From: the human T2T-CHM13v2.0 reference genome, Homo sapiens
Direction: 5' to 3' (one strand)
Assembly (NCBI RefSeq): GCF_009914755.1
Contig: NC_060930.1
Length of the DNA stretch: 64,000 bases
In this document: one piece after another, positions 32,140-62,661 of the stretch
Layout: each line of letters starts with the position of its first letter
Position numbering within the stretch: position 1 is the first letter of the stretch
Position numbers and translations under genes: made by a program
The notes under the pieces: model-generated
Told to the model about the DNA's origin: nothing
The model's database searches: none
What the model saw: only the letters and a program-made list of their open reading frames with translations

Positions 32140-32530
32140 GTAAAATGTCCTAATGACCCTCTCTTTGTGTGGCTACTGCCTTCGTACCAATAATGCTTCC
32201 AGACCTAGTTTGCTATAGCCATCTATTACTGAGAATACCCAATTGCTAAACTGCCCTTGCTTCATGTCAACACCTAAACCCTAATTATTCCTGTTTCACC
32301 TAATCCTGTCTCAGAAACAGCAACCAATCCAGAACTGACCCCTGTCCTACCAAGCATCCCTTAAAGCTTCCTCAGAATCCTTTAGCTAGAACCCAAGCCC
32401 TACAAAAGATGCTTCCCTCCTCCTTCCTGTTCCATGGCATTCCACAGTTCCTCTGAAGTGCCTTCACTCACTGCATCACGTCAATAATCTGATTTTGTCA
32501 GGCTACAGGCTTGTTCCTGGTGATCTTTGA
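32140..32530 (+). mobile_element. Possible old ERV1-class solo LTR fragment
   Basis: CCAAT box (ACCAATCC), TATA-like CTACAAAAG, and CAATAATCTGATTTTGT..CTACAGGCTTGTTCCTGGTG end typical of MER34/MER90-like LTRs; family uncertain. Confidence 0.4.
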
Positions 32531-32739
32531 ACCTAGATGCCTTCCTCTCTTCCTCCCCCTCATTCCAGCTCATAGATGCAGAGACCCCATCACCCTTTTC
32601 CTTACAGTCTTCCCTCTTTCATGACTGCCCTCCTCTGAAATGGGCCCACCTGGCTCAGCCATCAGCTGATACCATAAGGAAGGAGAAGAGATGTATTCAT
32701 TCAATACCAAGGGCATCAGAAAAGATAGAGAAGGAACAG

Positions 32740-33070
32740 CCCTGACAATAAAGGAAAACCGGGAGTCTATGGTGCTCTAGAAGCCTAGTGACGAGTGTTT
32801 CAAGAGGACAGAGGACAGAGTCACCAGCTGAGTCCAGTGCTGCTAATAAGTCAGTAGAGTACTAAGGACAAACCATTGGATGTAGCAACACAAAGGTCAC
32901 TGGAGAGCTTGAAAAAAGCAGTCAGTTTCAGCGGAGTAATGGGGATAGACAGCTACATAGAATTTGTGAGAGTAAGAGATCAGGAGGTGGAGACAATTAT
33001 TATTGGTACATTTGCGAAGAAGTTTTGCTACAATGGAGGGCAGAGAGATGAGGAAGAAGCTAGAAGAGGA
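32740..33070 (-). mobile_element. L2 fragment
   Basis: GTGTTTCAAGAGG..TGCTGCT..CCATTGGATGTAGCAACACAAAGGTCACTGG..GAGCTTG. Confidence 0.55.
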
Positions 33071-33214
33071 GAATTAAGAATACTGCATTATTTGTTAACA
33101 GCAAGAAATTTAAAACAACTCAAATGTTCATCAGTAGGTACACAGAATATATATATATATAGAAGGATCTTCATTTCTTCTGTATCACAGAAGAAATGAA
33201 GATTTCCATTAACT

Positions 33215-35727
<2,513 letters not shown>

Positions 35728-37607
35728 TAGTGTGGTACTGGCAGAAAGACAGACATATTAAGACCAATGGAATAGAAGAAACTGCCCAGAAACAAACCTT
35801 GTGTATATGGTCAAATGATTTCAACAACGGTGCCAAAACAATTCAATGGTGAAAGGACAGTCTTCTCAAAAAACGATGCTGAGAAAACTGCATATCCACG
35901 TGCAAAAGAATGAAGTTGGACCCTTACCTTATGCCATATACAAAAATTAACTCAAAATGGATCAAAGACCTAACCATATGAGCTAAAACTATAAAACTCC
36001 TAGAAAAAAGCTTAGGGAAAAGCTTTATCACATTGGATTTGGCAATGGTTTCTTGGACATGACACCAAAAGCTAATAAATTAGACATCAAAATTAAAAAC
36101 TGTGCACCAAATGACACAATCAACAGAGTAAAAGGCTACCCATGGAATGAGAGAAAATATGTACAGATCATATGTCATAAGGGGTTAATATCTCAAATAT
36201 ATAAAGAACTCCTACAACTCAACAGAAAACACAACCTGATTTCAAAATGGGCAAAGGACTTGAATACACATTTCTATAAAAATACAAATGTCCAATTAGC
36301 ACTTAAAAAGATACTCAACATTACTAATCACCGGGGAAATGCAAATCAAACCACAATGAGATACCACCTCACACTTATGATGGCTACTACTAAAAAAAAA
36401 AAAATCCTTAGTTGCCCTTGGTGAAAGCTTTTGCTTCCTAGAGACATCAGAAAATGCCAAATGTTGGTGAGGATGTGGAGAAATTAGAACGCTTGTGTGC
36501 TGTTAGGAATGTAAATGGTGCAGCTGCTTTGTAAAACAATACGATTCCACAAAAAATTGAATATAGAATTGACAAATGATCCAGTAACTCTACCTCTAGG
36601 TATATAAACTAAAGATCTGAAAACAGGGTCTCAAAGAGATATTTGTACACCCATGTTCATTCATAGCAGCATTACTCACAATAGCCAAAAGGCGGAAGTA
36701 ACCCAAGTGTCCAGTAAAAGATCAATGAACAAAATGTAGTATATATATACACCAAAATATTATTCAGCCTTTAAAAGGAAGGAAATTCTGATACATGCTA
36801 TAATATGGATGAACCTTGATAATGTTAAGTGAAATAAAGTAGTCCCAAATGGACAGATACTATATAATTCCACGTATGTGAGGTACCTAAGGTAGTCAAA
36901 ATCAGAGACAGTAGAATGGCGGTTTCCAATGGCTGGGGTGAAGGGGAATGGAGAATTATTAATGGGTACAGAGTTTCAGTTTTGCAAGATGAAAGGAATT
37001 CTAGAGGTGAATAGTGGTGATGCCTGTGAATATACTTATTGCCAGTGAACTGTACACTTAAAAATGGTTACAATAAATTGTATGTGTTATTTTACCACAA
37101 TTAATCAAAACAAAAACAAAAACATCAGAGGCCTACTGATTCTGTTATTTGTTGAAGGCCAATCAGTAATTTATTATGTGGCAGAATTAGAAGTCAGATC
37201 TTTTTTACTCCTGGTCTAGTGCTTATTGATGACATCTTGCAACAATCCCACCCCACCCCTGGTCAGTTTTGAGAGTTCCACTGATCAGAAAATAACTAAT
37301 ACTCATGGAGAAAACACTTCCTGGCAGAAAAGATGGAAATATTATCCTAATAATTTAAACTTCTATAGCCTACGAAAAAAAGCATAATCTGAGTGCGTAA
37401 TAGCACTACCACAAAAAAACGTAATATAGCATGAAACTACACTTAAGAACTTAAATTACTAATTTAAATTTCAAAGTACAATTGTGTTTAAGGATATGCA
37501 GGAAATCAAAATGATAGCTACAGTACATTAAGAGGCAAATCTATACAGCTGGCATAAAATCATTTTGGCATTAATGTTGAAAAGCACTTAAATATAACAT
37601 TGGATAA

Positions 37608-38072
<465 letters not shown>

Positions 38073-38159
38073 TAAAATTTAGAATAAGATATTGAAGAAA
38101 TACTTCCAAGTATTTATTAATTCTATAACTAGAAAGTCAAATTCTAGACTACCAACTAA

Positions 38160-38601
<442 letters not shown>

Positions 38602-39609
38602 TAAGAACAAAATAAGATATACGCCTCATTGGTCTTTTAAAAGAAACTCAAACCCTATTTTGGATACAATTATGAACAAAAAGTATAAAACATCATTACT
38701 GATGGTAACTAGTTACTCTTGGTGAAAGCTTTTGCTTCCGAGAGATCTTAGATAATACATTGTGTTAACTCTGCTCTCTCTTCCCTCTCCTCCTGAAAGA
38801 GGATGGACTTTAGTTTCTGGCTTCAAGGAAACTGCTCCCCATCAATATCACAAACCTAGCTGGACCAGTGCAAGAACCAGCAGAACAAATAACATAGTAA
38901 CCTCTCCCCATCAACATTCTCTCCAAAGAGAACTACACTAGCTCTTTAGTCATCAAATTCACTGACAGAAGTCGGAGTTGAATATAGCAACAAAGCAGAA
39001 CTTCCTTAATGTTTCTTCTTTTTCCCTCCTCCCCCCTTCCCCTCTTTTTTTCCTATTTCTTCCTACTATCTTCTTCATTTCTTTGGTCTTATCCAGCTTT
39101 ACCAAGCATCCCTTCCTTCTCATCTCCACCACACGCCCTTCATGGGCCAAGGTATTTTCCTAGCTCAAATGTGAGCACAGAGCTCTGGGGGCATTAATTC
39201 AGCACCAAACTGAGTAGGTCTATCAACATCTCTCATAGGGGTACTTAGAACTCCCTCATGGCCATCTGGACATCTCAATCCTACAAAAGGCAGTCAAACC
39301 ACTCGCCCACATCTGATGTGCAGAGTAGACACATGTTCTCTTGGTCAGACATGCTGAAGTTGTACACCTTGATCTGTGATGGTTAGCTACTCAACTCTCT
39401 TACAGATGACCAGTGGGTGCTAATCTTCATCAAAAAGTACTGTAATCTCCAATCTATCTCCCATTCTTTCCCACAGAATGCCCAAAGTGTACTAGTCATG
39501 CTTAACCAGAGTTTATGCTTTTGCCCACCTTCTTTCAGTTTAGAAATGAAGTACCTTCTCCCAATCGCCAAACATGAATTTAATTTAGTTAAAAGACTAA
39601 ATTTGGTAA

Positions 39610-39906
<297 letters not shown>

Positions 39907-40329
39907 TAGCTAGGATGGTCTCGATCTCCTGACCCCATGATCCGCCTGGGTCGGCCTCCCGAAATGCTGGGATTACAGGTGTGAGCCACTGCACCCGGCC
40001 AGGAGGCATTTTTTAACAGATTCCTTTTTTTCTCTTTTCCAAGACAGGGTCTCTCTTTGTTGCCCAGGCTGGAGTGCAATGGTGCTATCACAGCTCACTG
40101 TAGTCTTGACCTTCTGAGCTCAAACAATCTTCCCACATTTGCCCGCAAAGTAGCTAGGACTACAGGTGCATGTCACCATGCTCAGCTAATTTTTAAATTT
40201 TTTTGTAGAGATGGGGGTCTTCCAATATATTGCCCAGGCTGGTCTCAAACTCCTAGGCCTCAAGCAGTCCTCCTGCCTCAGCCTCTCAAAGGGCTGGAAT
40301 TACAGGCATGAGCCGCTTTGCCCGATCGT

Positions 40330-45170
<4,841 letters not shown>

Positions 45171-46000
45171 CCCATTCCCCTCTTTTTTTTTTTTTTAAGA
45201 CAGGGACTCACTCTGTCACCCAGGCTGGAGGGCAGTGGCGCGATCTCGGCTCACCGCAACCTCCGCCTCCTGGGTTCAAGCCATTCTCATGCCTCAGCCT
45301 TTCGAGTAGCAGGAATTACAGGCATGTACCACCACGCCCGGCTAATTTTTGTATTTTTTGATATACACAGAGTTTCACCAAGTTGGCCAGGCTGGTCTCA
45401 AACACCTGACCTCAAGTGATCTACGCACCTCAGCCTCCCAAAGTGCTGGGATTACAGGAGTGAGCCACCATGCACAGCCTAATACATTTTATTATTTGCT
45501 CACTATTTATATATCTTGCACTATCCCAGCAAAAAGAAGTATCTACTCAGAGAAACAGAAAGAACATTAGTGGCTGCCAGGGGCTGCAGGAAGGGAGGAA
45601 AGGGGAGCCATGCTTAACAGGTATGAGGTTTCCTTTTGGGGTTATAAAATACATTGGAATCAAATACAGATAATGGTTGCACAACACCATAAATTTACTA
45701 AGTACACTAAACTGCATGCTTTAAAATGATTTATTATGTGGATTTTACCTCAATTAAAAAAAAATCCATAATAGTTTATAGTTTAGTTAATACTAATCTA
45801 GTGGAATGGTATGGAATTACTGAAAACTGTGTTTTTAAAAGTATTTAATGTTAAGGGGAAGAAGTTCTAAAACATTAGTGAATGGGAGAAAAAAGTAGGT
45901 TACATAAGAATAGGTAGCACAATACCATATTTAAACAACAAAAAAGTTTTTTGCTTTTAATACATGGATTTTAAAAAACTATGTGGAAATGCATACATTA

Positions 46001-46129
<129 letters not shown>

Positions 46130-46779
46130 TCAAAATACAAAAATTAGTTAAGCGTGGTGGCACACGCCTATAGTCCTAGCTACTAGAGAGGCTGAGGCAA
46201 GAGAATAGCGTGAACCTGGGAGGCGGAGGTTGCAGTGAGCCAAGATCACACCACTGCACTCCAGCCTGGGCGACAGAGCAAGACTCCATCTCAAAATAAA
46301 AAAAAATAAGTGTTTATATTTGGATGGCAGAACAAATGTTTCCTTTTCTCTTTAGACTTTATTTTCTATAATAAATCATGTATTTCTTTTTATCAGAGCA
46401 AATAATTTTTTTTTTTTTTTTTTGAGATGGAGTCTCGCTCTGTCACCCAGGCTGCCTCCTGGGTTCATGCCATTCTCCTGCCTCAGCCTCCCGAGTAGCT
46501 GGGACTACAGGCACCAACTAACACACCCGGCTAATTTTTTTTTTTTTGTATTTTTAGTAGAGACGGGGTTTCACCATGTTAGCCAGGATGGTCTCGATCT
46601 CCTGACCTTGTTATCTGTCTGCCTCAGCCTCCCAAAGTGTTGGGATTACAGGCGTGAGCCACCACGCCCGGCCAGAGCAAATACATTTTTAAAACAATTT
46701 AATCACAAGTAACCAATAAGTTTAGCAATGTAACTGATTTAAGTCTTCAACTAAGAGAACAAAACATATAATAAAGTGG

Positions 46780-48730
<1,951 letters not shown>

Positions 48731-48756
48731 ACGTATCAGACAGCACCCACAGAGCT

Positions 48757-48890
48757 GCACTGTCCAAAAGAGCTGGTGGCCACCAGCCATATGGTGGCTA
48801 TTGAGTACTTGGGATGTAGCTAGAGTCACATGTTGAAAAAATATTTTGGCTATATTCAGTTAAATAAAATGTATTATTAAATATTTTTTA
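48757..48890. mobile_element. MER3/MER33-like hAT-Charlie fragment
   Basis: GCACTGTCCAA..GCCACCAGCCATATGGTGGCTATTGAGTACTTG..GTAGCTAG. Confidence 0.55.
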
Positions 48891-49034
48891 AAGTCCTCAA
48901 ATAAGGCTCAGGTCAGAAATAAAATTCACTTTCACAATCACTTCTGATTTCTAAATATATAAGAGAAATCATGAAAATAAAACGTAAAAATGACTGAAAT
49001 CTACTGAGCCAAAACCAAACCCACTTTAGAATTA

Positions 49035-49526
<492 letters not shown>

Positions 49527-49567
49527 TCACTGCAACCTCTGCCTCCTGGCCTCCTGGGTTCAAGTGA

Positions 49568-49792
<225 letters not shown>

Positions 49793-51647
49793 TAGTTACT
49801 ACAAAGAGAAATCCAGACTGGACGTACTGGTTCACATCTGTATTCCCAGCACTTCGGGAGGCGAAGAGGAAGAATTGCTTGAGGCCAGGAATTATAGACC
49901 AACCCTGGCAATGCAGTGAGACCCCAGCTCCACAAAAAAGGTTTTAAAAATATTAGCCAGGTAGGTAGTCCCAGCTACTTGTGAGACTGAGGTGGGAGGA
50001 CTGCTTGAGCCCAAGAGTTCAAGGCTACAGTGAGCTATGATCCTGACACTGTCCAGCCTGGATGATAGAGTGAGACACTCTATATCAAAATAAATAAATA
50101 AATTAAATTAAATTAAAATCCAGAGGCCAGTAGGCTCACAACATTCTTTCTCGGGGCTGAATGTCCAACACTGACATTCCCTTTGTAAATAAAGGAAAGT
50201 ATAAGCTCTTTAACAATAAAAGGAGAAAAATAAAAAGCTAAAGAAAGATTTTTTTTTCAAAATAAAAATTACAGAACTAATTTCTAACTGAAAAATATCC
50301 TTGCCATTTCAAGGTAAAACCCATTACATCATTATAAGGCTGGTGTCAAACCATCGTTACAGGAACAGAATGCAATCTGCTTTTCAATAGGAGATTATCC
50401 TCTTCAAAGATCCCCAGAGTAATGTGAGGTTTCTAAGAATGAAGTTATGACTACATTCTAAACAATAATTAAGGAATATAAACTGTATCAAAAACTAAGC
50501 TATCAGATAAAAGTTTAAAAGCCCTCTACACTGTTTAAGATACCAATCATCATTATGTTAAAAAATAACCACACATTAGTTTTATAGCATATACTGATAA
50601 TTTGAATAAAAGTCAATTATGCTTACTTCCTTATTTATAAGAAACATGTTCTAGTCTGATCTAGGGGCAAGTGCACACAATGGCACTTACTAAAAACTCC
50701 CATCACACAACAATTCAGTGAAACCTTCTTAAGAATTTCTTACCTGAAATGGTTTCAGCATATATGTCAACATATTTTTCTTTTGTAAAGAGAAAACATA
50801 CATATCTAATTTTTAAGTATCACCTTTTTATTCATTTTTAATATCTCTGAAATGAAGATGGACCATCTAATGTTTTCATTTAATATGGCAGTGGCTCTAC
50901 CTCTCTCCCCTACAAGGAAAGTAATCATTAAACCAAGGATGCATATTAAAATTACTGTCACTTCAGAACTGGGGAAGTGCAGTAAGTTCTATTTGCAAAT
51001 GTTTTACTCTGACAGGGCTATATTCCCTAAATAAGTAAAACACTTTAACTATATCTGGCCTAAGCTATAGTCCTTACTAATGCATATATACAAAAAAGTT
51101 AAGGATTATATTAAGATACAAATTATGCTGAAATATGTCATCTTTAAAACAGTCAATGGTTTTACAACTATTTATTTTCCTTTTAACAGTAAGTATGCTA
51201 GTATTTTAATACAGAATTGTACTTGATTTTAAGAATTTTTTAAGGAAATATCACTACTCCCTTAAATTCAGAATTTCTGGAATCCAACATTTCAGACTAA
51301 AGAAGCTTCTGTTTAACAGAAGGGCGCTGGCTACCATGAGTAAAAAAAGGTGCAGCTTTCAAATTATATTTTTGCCCTCTACCAAATCCTTTTCTATACA
51401 TGTGTATGGTAAGTTGAGGAGTAAGAAAATTAATTTTAAAGCAAACATCATTAGCACTAACAGCACACATTAACACTACTCACAGCCAAGTGACTAGGCA
51501 GTGAAAACATTTGATGCTTTACTGCCTAGACATTCAATATCTTGCTAATTACTATACTTTACAAAGGATTACTGTTTCATCAGATTTTTAAATTTTTGAT
51601 GGCCCATAGAAGGTTCAAGACCCACATATATGCATTTTAGAGGTTAA

Positions 51648-52145
<498 letters not shown>

Positions 52146-52190
52146 TAGCCTATCATCTCATAACATAATATTTTAGAATTTCAGATCTCA

Positions 52191-52595
<405 letters not shown>

Positions 52596-54345
52596 TCATA
52601 TTTCTGGTATTAGAGAATTCTAGAGACCAGAACTGAAACAGTGAGCATCTTATGGAGGATCTTCTAGAAGCAGATGAAGCCTTTTTGAGTTCAACATAAA
52701 AGAACAATGTTCTAAAGGTGGGGTTAATAGGCAAAAGGGCAAGATAACTGGGAGAAATGTCGGGCAGAATAGCATGTGAGTAGAAGACATCATGGATTCT
52801 AGTATGAAGAAGTTTGTATGAAACCATAGCTTCTTTTGTAACATGATGTTACTAAAACACAAGCAAGAAATAAGGAAAGCCTCATGTTACCTGGTTAGGT
52901 AGGACATGCTATAAAATGGAGAAAGTAAAGGAAGAATTTACAAAGGTTTTGGGAAATAAACAGTGTAGTTTACATAGAGCACCCAATAAGTTTCCTAACA
53001 TGTGGGACATATTGTGGTTTGGGACCTTCATAAGGGGAGCTTCATTTCTAAACTCTGAGAAACCAAATGAATAATGCATAGGTTATTTACTCGATATGTC
53101 AAATGTCCCTAGGGACCCATATGAGGTATTTAACAAGAACTACTTCAAGTAGTGGAAACCCCCATAAGTGCGAGATAATCAGACTATCACTTGACTTAGC
53201 TTATTTCACAACTAGGACCCTGAGAGTTAGAGGAAACCGTCATGGTACAGGGTAAATCTCTCCTTTGGAAATCTGGAAGGCGGCTCTCTGTTAGTAGGAG
53301 ATGAAGCATATTACTACTGGCATCCAGGCTAAAACAAGGACAATCACTCATGCTGCTTACCCTTTGCCCAGAGTCCAATGTCCTATAGAACTGAGTATCT
53401 TCTAGCAGGCAGGAACTCTCTGGGGAAAACTGACACCCAACTACCTAAGAATAGCCCTGTCAATCTCAACTCCACCTCAATGCCCACTCACTCTGGAAGT
53501 AGAGAGAAGACTTCCGGACCATATACTCCACCCTCACTAAACTCTAACAAGTATTAACACCCTAGAACCAGTTTCCTTCTGAACCCCATATACTAGTGAC
53601 AGCCAAAGTAATGACAAAGATAATAAAATTACTTTTGTTAATTTATAACTATAATTCGTAACTAATTTACAACTTTTACTAGACCTTAAGCCTCTCTGGT
53701 CTTTAGTTTTCTCATCAATAAAATGCAGCTAATATTTCGCAAGGTAACATATGCAAAAAGCCCAAAATAATACCTGGCAAATAGTAAGTACGAGAATTTG
53801 TTAGTACTTTCTACTATTTGTTAGTATTTGCTACTTAGATAAAAGCTAAGAAGCTAATCCTTTGGTGGGGTGGAGTGGGAAGGGGTATCAAAATCGAGGA
53901 AAAAAAAGATAAAATGTTAGGGCTTGAAAATAAATCTGTCAAAAATCAGATACTTATTAGTCTTGGACCAAGTGAGCTAGAAATTTGTGTGGTGGGGGAC
54001 AGTGTTTGTTATCAAGATAAACAGGTGAAGCCACGGATCTTTAGTGGGAGGAGGCCAGAGGTCTTGTAATATGCCCCACACAGTGAAGAAGTGTCCACAC
54101 CACATGCCGAAAGCACGCCCACTGAGAAACTCTGAGAGAGCACAGCCAAGCTGAAACAGGGTGGAGGAGACCTTTTACAGGAGACCTGTAACTGACTGAA
54201 TACAGCAAAAATTCTTTCTAAGAGGAAACGTGAACTGAAACAATCTAAGAGTTATTATAAAAATAAAGGGAGTGGGCCGGGCGCGGTGGCTCATGTCTGT
54301 AATCCTAGCACTTTGGGAGGCTGAGGTGGGCGGATCACAAGGTCA

Positions 54346-54591
<246 letters not shown>

Positions 54592-54721
54592 TTAAAGGGA
54601 GTGGATTCTTTCTCAAGAAGACCATCTAAAGATTACAGAAGCAGCCAGGCACGGTAGCTCATGCCTGTAATCCCAGTACTTTGGGAGGCTGAGGCAGGTG
54701 GATCACAAGGTCAAGAGTTCA

Positions 54722-55032
<311 letters not shown>

Positions 55033-55659
55033 TTACCTAATTTGTCCAAGTTTGTGCCTAGGCAACAGAGTCCCACAGTTCACACTCTTAGCCACTATAT
55101 TACACTCAATAAGCTAGTAAGCCGAGTGAGCCAATCATGGTTATTATGGAAGTTTATTTTTTTCCATGTGCTCATGGCTATGGTTGTATACATAATCTAT
55201 TCTCTTTCTGTTACTGATACTAGGGTATGTTTTACAACCAATAATAATTTGGATTCAATGAAATACAGTACTTTATAAAATGGAATTAAACTGTTCACTG
55301 GAGCAGATAAAGGTTGGCAAACTATACCCCACAGAGCTCCAGCGGTCATCCCAGACACACAAGGGCTGGAAAACATAAGCCAAGGAGGCCCAGAATTCAA
55401 CGAAACATTTCATGTTTATCCTTTCCCATTTTACAAGGAGGCATTCATATATACTTCTGTCAAGGAAAAGGTTCCATAGCTTAACAAAAATGCTTGAAAA
55501 CTACAAAATCAGATGAATTATTAAAATCCCTTGAAGGCACTAGATTCCACAAAGTCCTGAGAAACAACTTACAGACTATTAAGACCAAAAAAGGGTTGTT
55601 AAGTTAAAATTAGGGGTTTAAAGTTAAAATGTTAATGTTTTTGCTCCAAGGCTAGTATA

Positions 55660-57900
<2,241 letters not shown>

Positions 57901-58499
57901 TATTTATATTCCAACTACTTTTGAATTTGAGAGAGTTGCTATGAGTATAAAATGTAATGTCCCACATAGTGATAATTATTTTAAATTTAACACTAAAAAC
58001 ACACACACATAAAACAAGACTAGCGTTCTTAACCACTAGGGAACATTGAGAAGTAGTATTTTTTCATCAAAGGGATTTTTTTTTATTTTTAAGTCATGTA
58101 TATTGTCTTCTTCTCCCCTTAAAAATGGTAGCATGTATTTTAAAAATTTACTAAGTAGCTATTCTCCATTCTGCATTAAGCTCAACATTTTTGAGTTATA
58201 AAGATAAACCAGACATGTGTCACCTTCAGTTTTAAAGATGACATGAGACATTTATCAAATTAAATGGGTAGAAAGACGTAAAGTGCCAAGAGAAGAAACA
58301 AAGGAGTGAGAGGTGAAGAGCTAATATAAAGGAGCTCAGCAGTGGGAGAAACAACTTCCAATCCCAGGTCAAGGGGATTCTTAGCAGACACTGCCTGAAA
58401 ATGGAGTCCTACAGGGAAGAGACAAATAACCTCTCTACATTTTGATATGTGATTATTCAATTATTCAACAAATTGTTCACAATTTCATAGGATAAAAGG

Positions 58500-60060
<1,561 letters not shown>

Positions 60061-60446
60061 AAGTAGGTTGGAAGAAGTATGCACATTTTGTGCATTATCT
60101 GTTTTATATGACTTGTGTCTAGAGACTTTGAGAACAAGGACTGCCTTTAGTATTCTTACAGTATCTACCAGCTTATATAATAAAAACAACAGCACTACTA
60201 AATATTTATTTAGAACACAAAATATAATACCTCGTACAGGTCACTAAATTATATTCCTAGGATAAAAGAAAGAGCACTAGACTAATCAATTAGTCATAAA
60301 ATGCAAATCATTTACCTGCATGAGGTGACTGTTAAAAAGAGGCCATGCCCTGTTATGCAATTTGACAGGCTCTGTGAGCAACACTGGGGATGTTATAAGA
60401 TGTTACCTTAGTTCCTTTACCCTGGGCTGCACAAGGACATACTCAC

Positions 60447-60644
60447 CTCCATAGTAGAGTCCTGTAGCAGTGCACATCCGCCACTGTCCCTGATACATTC
60501 CTGCTCTGCTGGGGCTGCACATCTGGACGCTGACATCTGCAATCTCTTGGGGCTCTAGCGATCTCACCATCACCATGTTCACATGTCCAAATTGGTCTCC
60601 CCCGACATATTTAAGACAAACCCCTGGAGGCCAGGCCTCTGCCC
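60447..60644 (-). CDS. ILRUN: ILRUN coding exon 3 (198 nt, phase 1-1; G105-G170, NBR1-like FW domain: GAEAWPPGVCLKYVGGDQFGHVNMVMVRSLEPQEIADVSVQMCSPSRAGMYQGQWRMCTATGLYYG)
   Basis: Part of ORF 60403..60678(-), which matches the ILRUN protein. Acceptor TTTTGCTTGAACTCAG|GG (AG at 60645-60646); donor GAG|GTGAGT (60441-60446). Confidence 0.97.
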
Positions 60645-61734
60645 CTGAGTTCAAGCAAAAGAAAAAAATGTTAGGCAATCAATGGTCCTATGCTGGGTGC
60701 AGTTTATTATGAAACTGTAGAAGAGGCCTCTTTCTTTTTCTCACATACATACATAAACCTAACCACATATACCTAAGCCATATATTGTCTCACACAACTG
60801 ATCAAAAGGAATTATCAGAACCAACAACCTCTGACCAATAGTCTAACCCTATGAAGAAGCACAAAAGGCAAAAGCAAGGCAGTTCCTCAAGACAACAAGT
60901 ATTTCAGGTGACTCCAGGGAAGGCCACACGTCACACTGAATCTGTAGAACCTAAGAATGATGTCCATGAAGAGCCATGGAGATGAAGCACAGGCCCACGT
61001 TTAGGGGACAGCTCTCTCTACTAAAAGGTAACACATGTCCATTTTCACAGTATATCTGATTGTTGCCAGTTTTTCCACAGAAACAAGAGGATGAAACACA
61101 CAAGGAGTAATTTCAATGGTATTATTCTCAATTTAAAATTGCTTTTTGCCTGAGGTATGACTTTTCTTCTGGGGTCCATAACTATAAAATACTCAAGAGC
61201 TCAAGAGACCACATGAATATAAAAGGCAGTAAAAGTTTAGACCTTGGGTGGTAGTGAAAATATAAACAATGGGGTGATCTCCCCTGATAACATCAATGAA
61301 CTGTGGTCGCAGGAACAATGGCACTAGTTGGAGGAGTTGGAGGTACTTGCGGATAGGATGGGAAGGAGGGTCAATCAGACCTGTCAAAGGGAGATAGATT
61401 TTTATAGAGTTACAGGTTAAATTTAACCTGTAACTCTTTAAAGAGTCGCCTGGACTGGAGTACAATGAATGGTACAATCTCTGGCTCACTGCAACCTCCG
61501 CCTTCTGGGTTTACGCAATTCTCCTGCTTCAGCCTCCTGAGTAGCTAGGATTACAGGCGCCCATTACCACGCCTGGCTAATTATTGTATTTTTACAAGAG
61601 ATGGGGTTTCACTATGTTGGCCAGGCTGGTCTCGAACTGCTGACCTCATGATCCGTCTGCCTCAGCCTCCCAAAGTGCTGGGATTACAGGTGTGAGCCAC
61701 AGCGCCTGGCCTAATTTTTGCATTTTTAGCATAG

Positions 61735-61881
<147 letters not shown>

Positions 61882-62614
61882 TAATTCATGAGATATCTAT
61901 GTGTTGACTAGTTCCCACTAGTCAAGCGGTATAGGTAGCCACACAGTGACTAGATGTGATTTTTCCTGTGAAGTCTCTCCAATATGCAGCAATTGATATA
62001 CTCCTTTTTAACTGTAGACAGAAACTTCTATATATCTTTTTTTGGAATATATACATTCATTATAAAAATAAACCACTGTGAAAACTTGAACATGGCAGGA
62101 CTCTTAGAACAGAGGGTGCTTGTCATTTATCTCCTACCAGTACTCTAAGATGCCTCAGTTCCTTGCTCTCTAAGTGCCCAGTTTTGACATACCTGATGGC
62201 TCACTACTGGAAAGAAACCAGACAGAGAAAGGCAACCAGAGTTCTACTCCTGAGATCTCAGCTCCATTATGAATGGCACCCTCTGTGCTCCTTGGGTCTT
62301 AAGGGGTAGCAGCTAAAGCAGTGGCCACTATGTTTTAGCATACCTTCTTCTAAAAAAATTTGCCAACAAAATGTCCTAAGTTAACCCTATAAAGGGCAAC
62401 CACTGCTGGAGGAAAGGCTGTGGATGATATACTGACAATACACGCAACTTATCTTTTTCATTTCTGAGGTCTGGCAAAAGCCTATTTGTCTTACAACAAG
62501 CAGAACAGTAGCTGACATGAAGCACCTTACAAAATGTCAGTCTCCTTAAAGACCAAAATCGAAAAGAAAAATTATACTACTATCATGGGGCTGAATTCAC
62601 AGTTATTCTTTAAG

Positions 62615-62661
62615 ATACACACATACACACACATATACATACACACACATACACATACACC
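62615..62661. repeat. (CA)n/(CATA)n microsatellite
   Basis: Seen directly. Confidence 0.85.

Noticed and set aside
60310-60410. Alternative donors downstream of exon 3 (AAG|GTAACA ~60401-60406, CAG|GTAAAT ~60310-60315)
   Set aside because: They are weaker than the canonical GAG|GTGAGT and have no other support.
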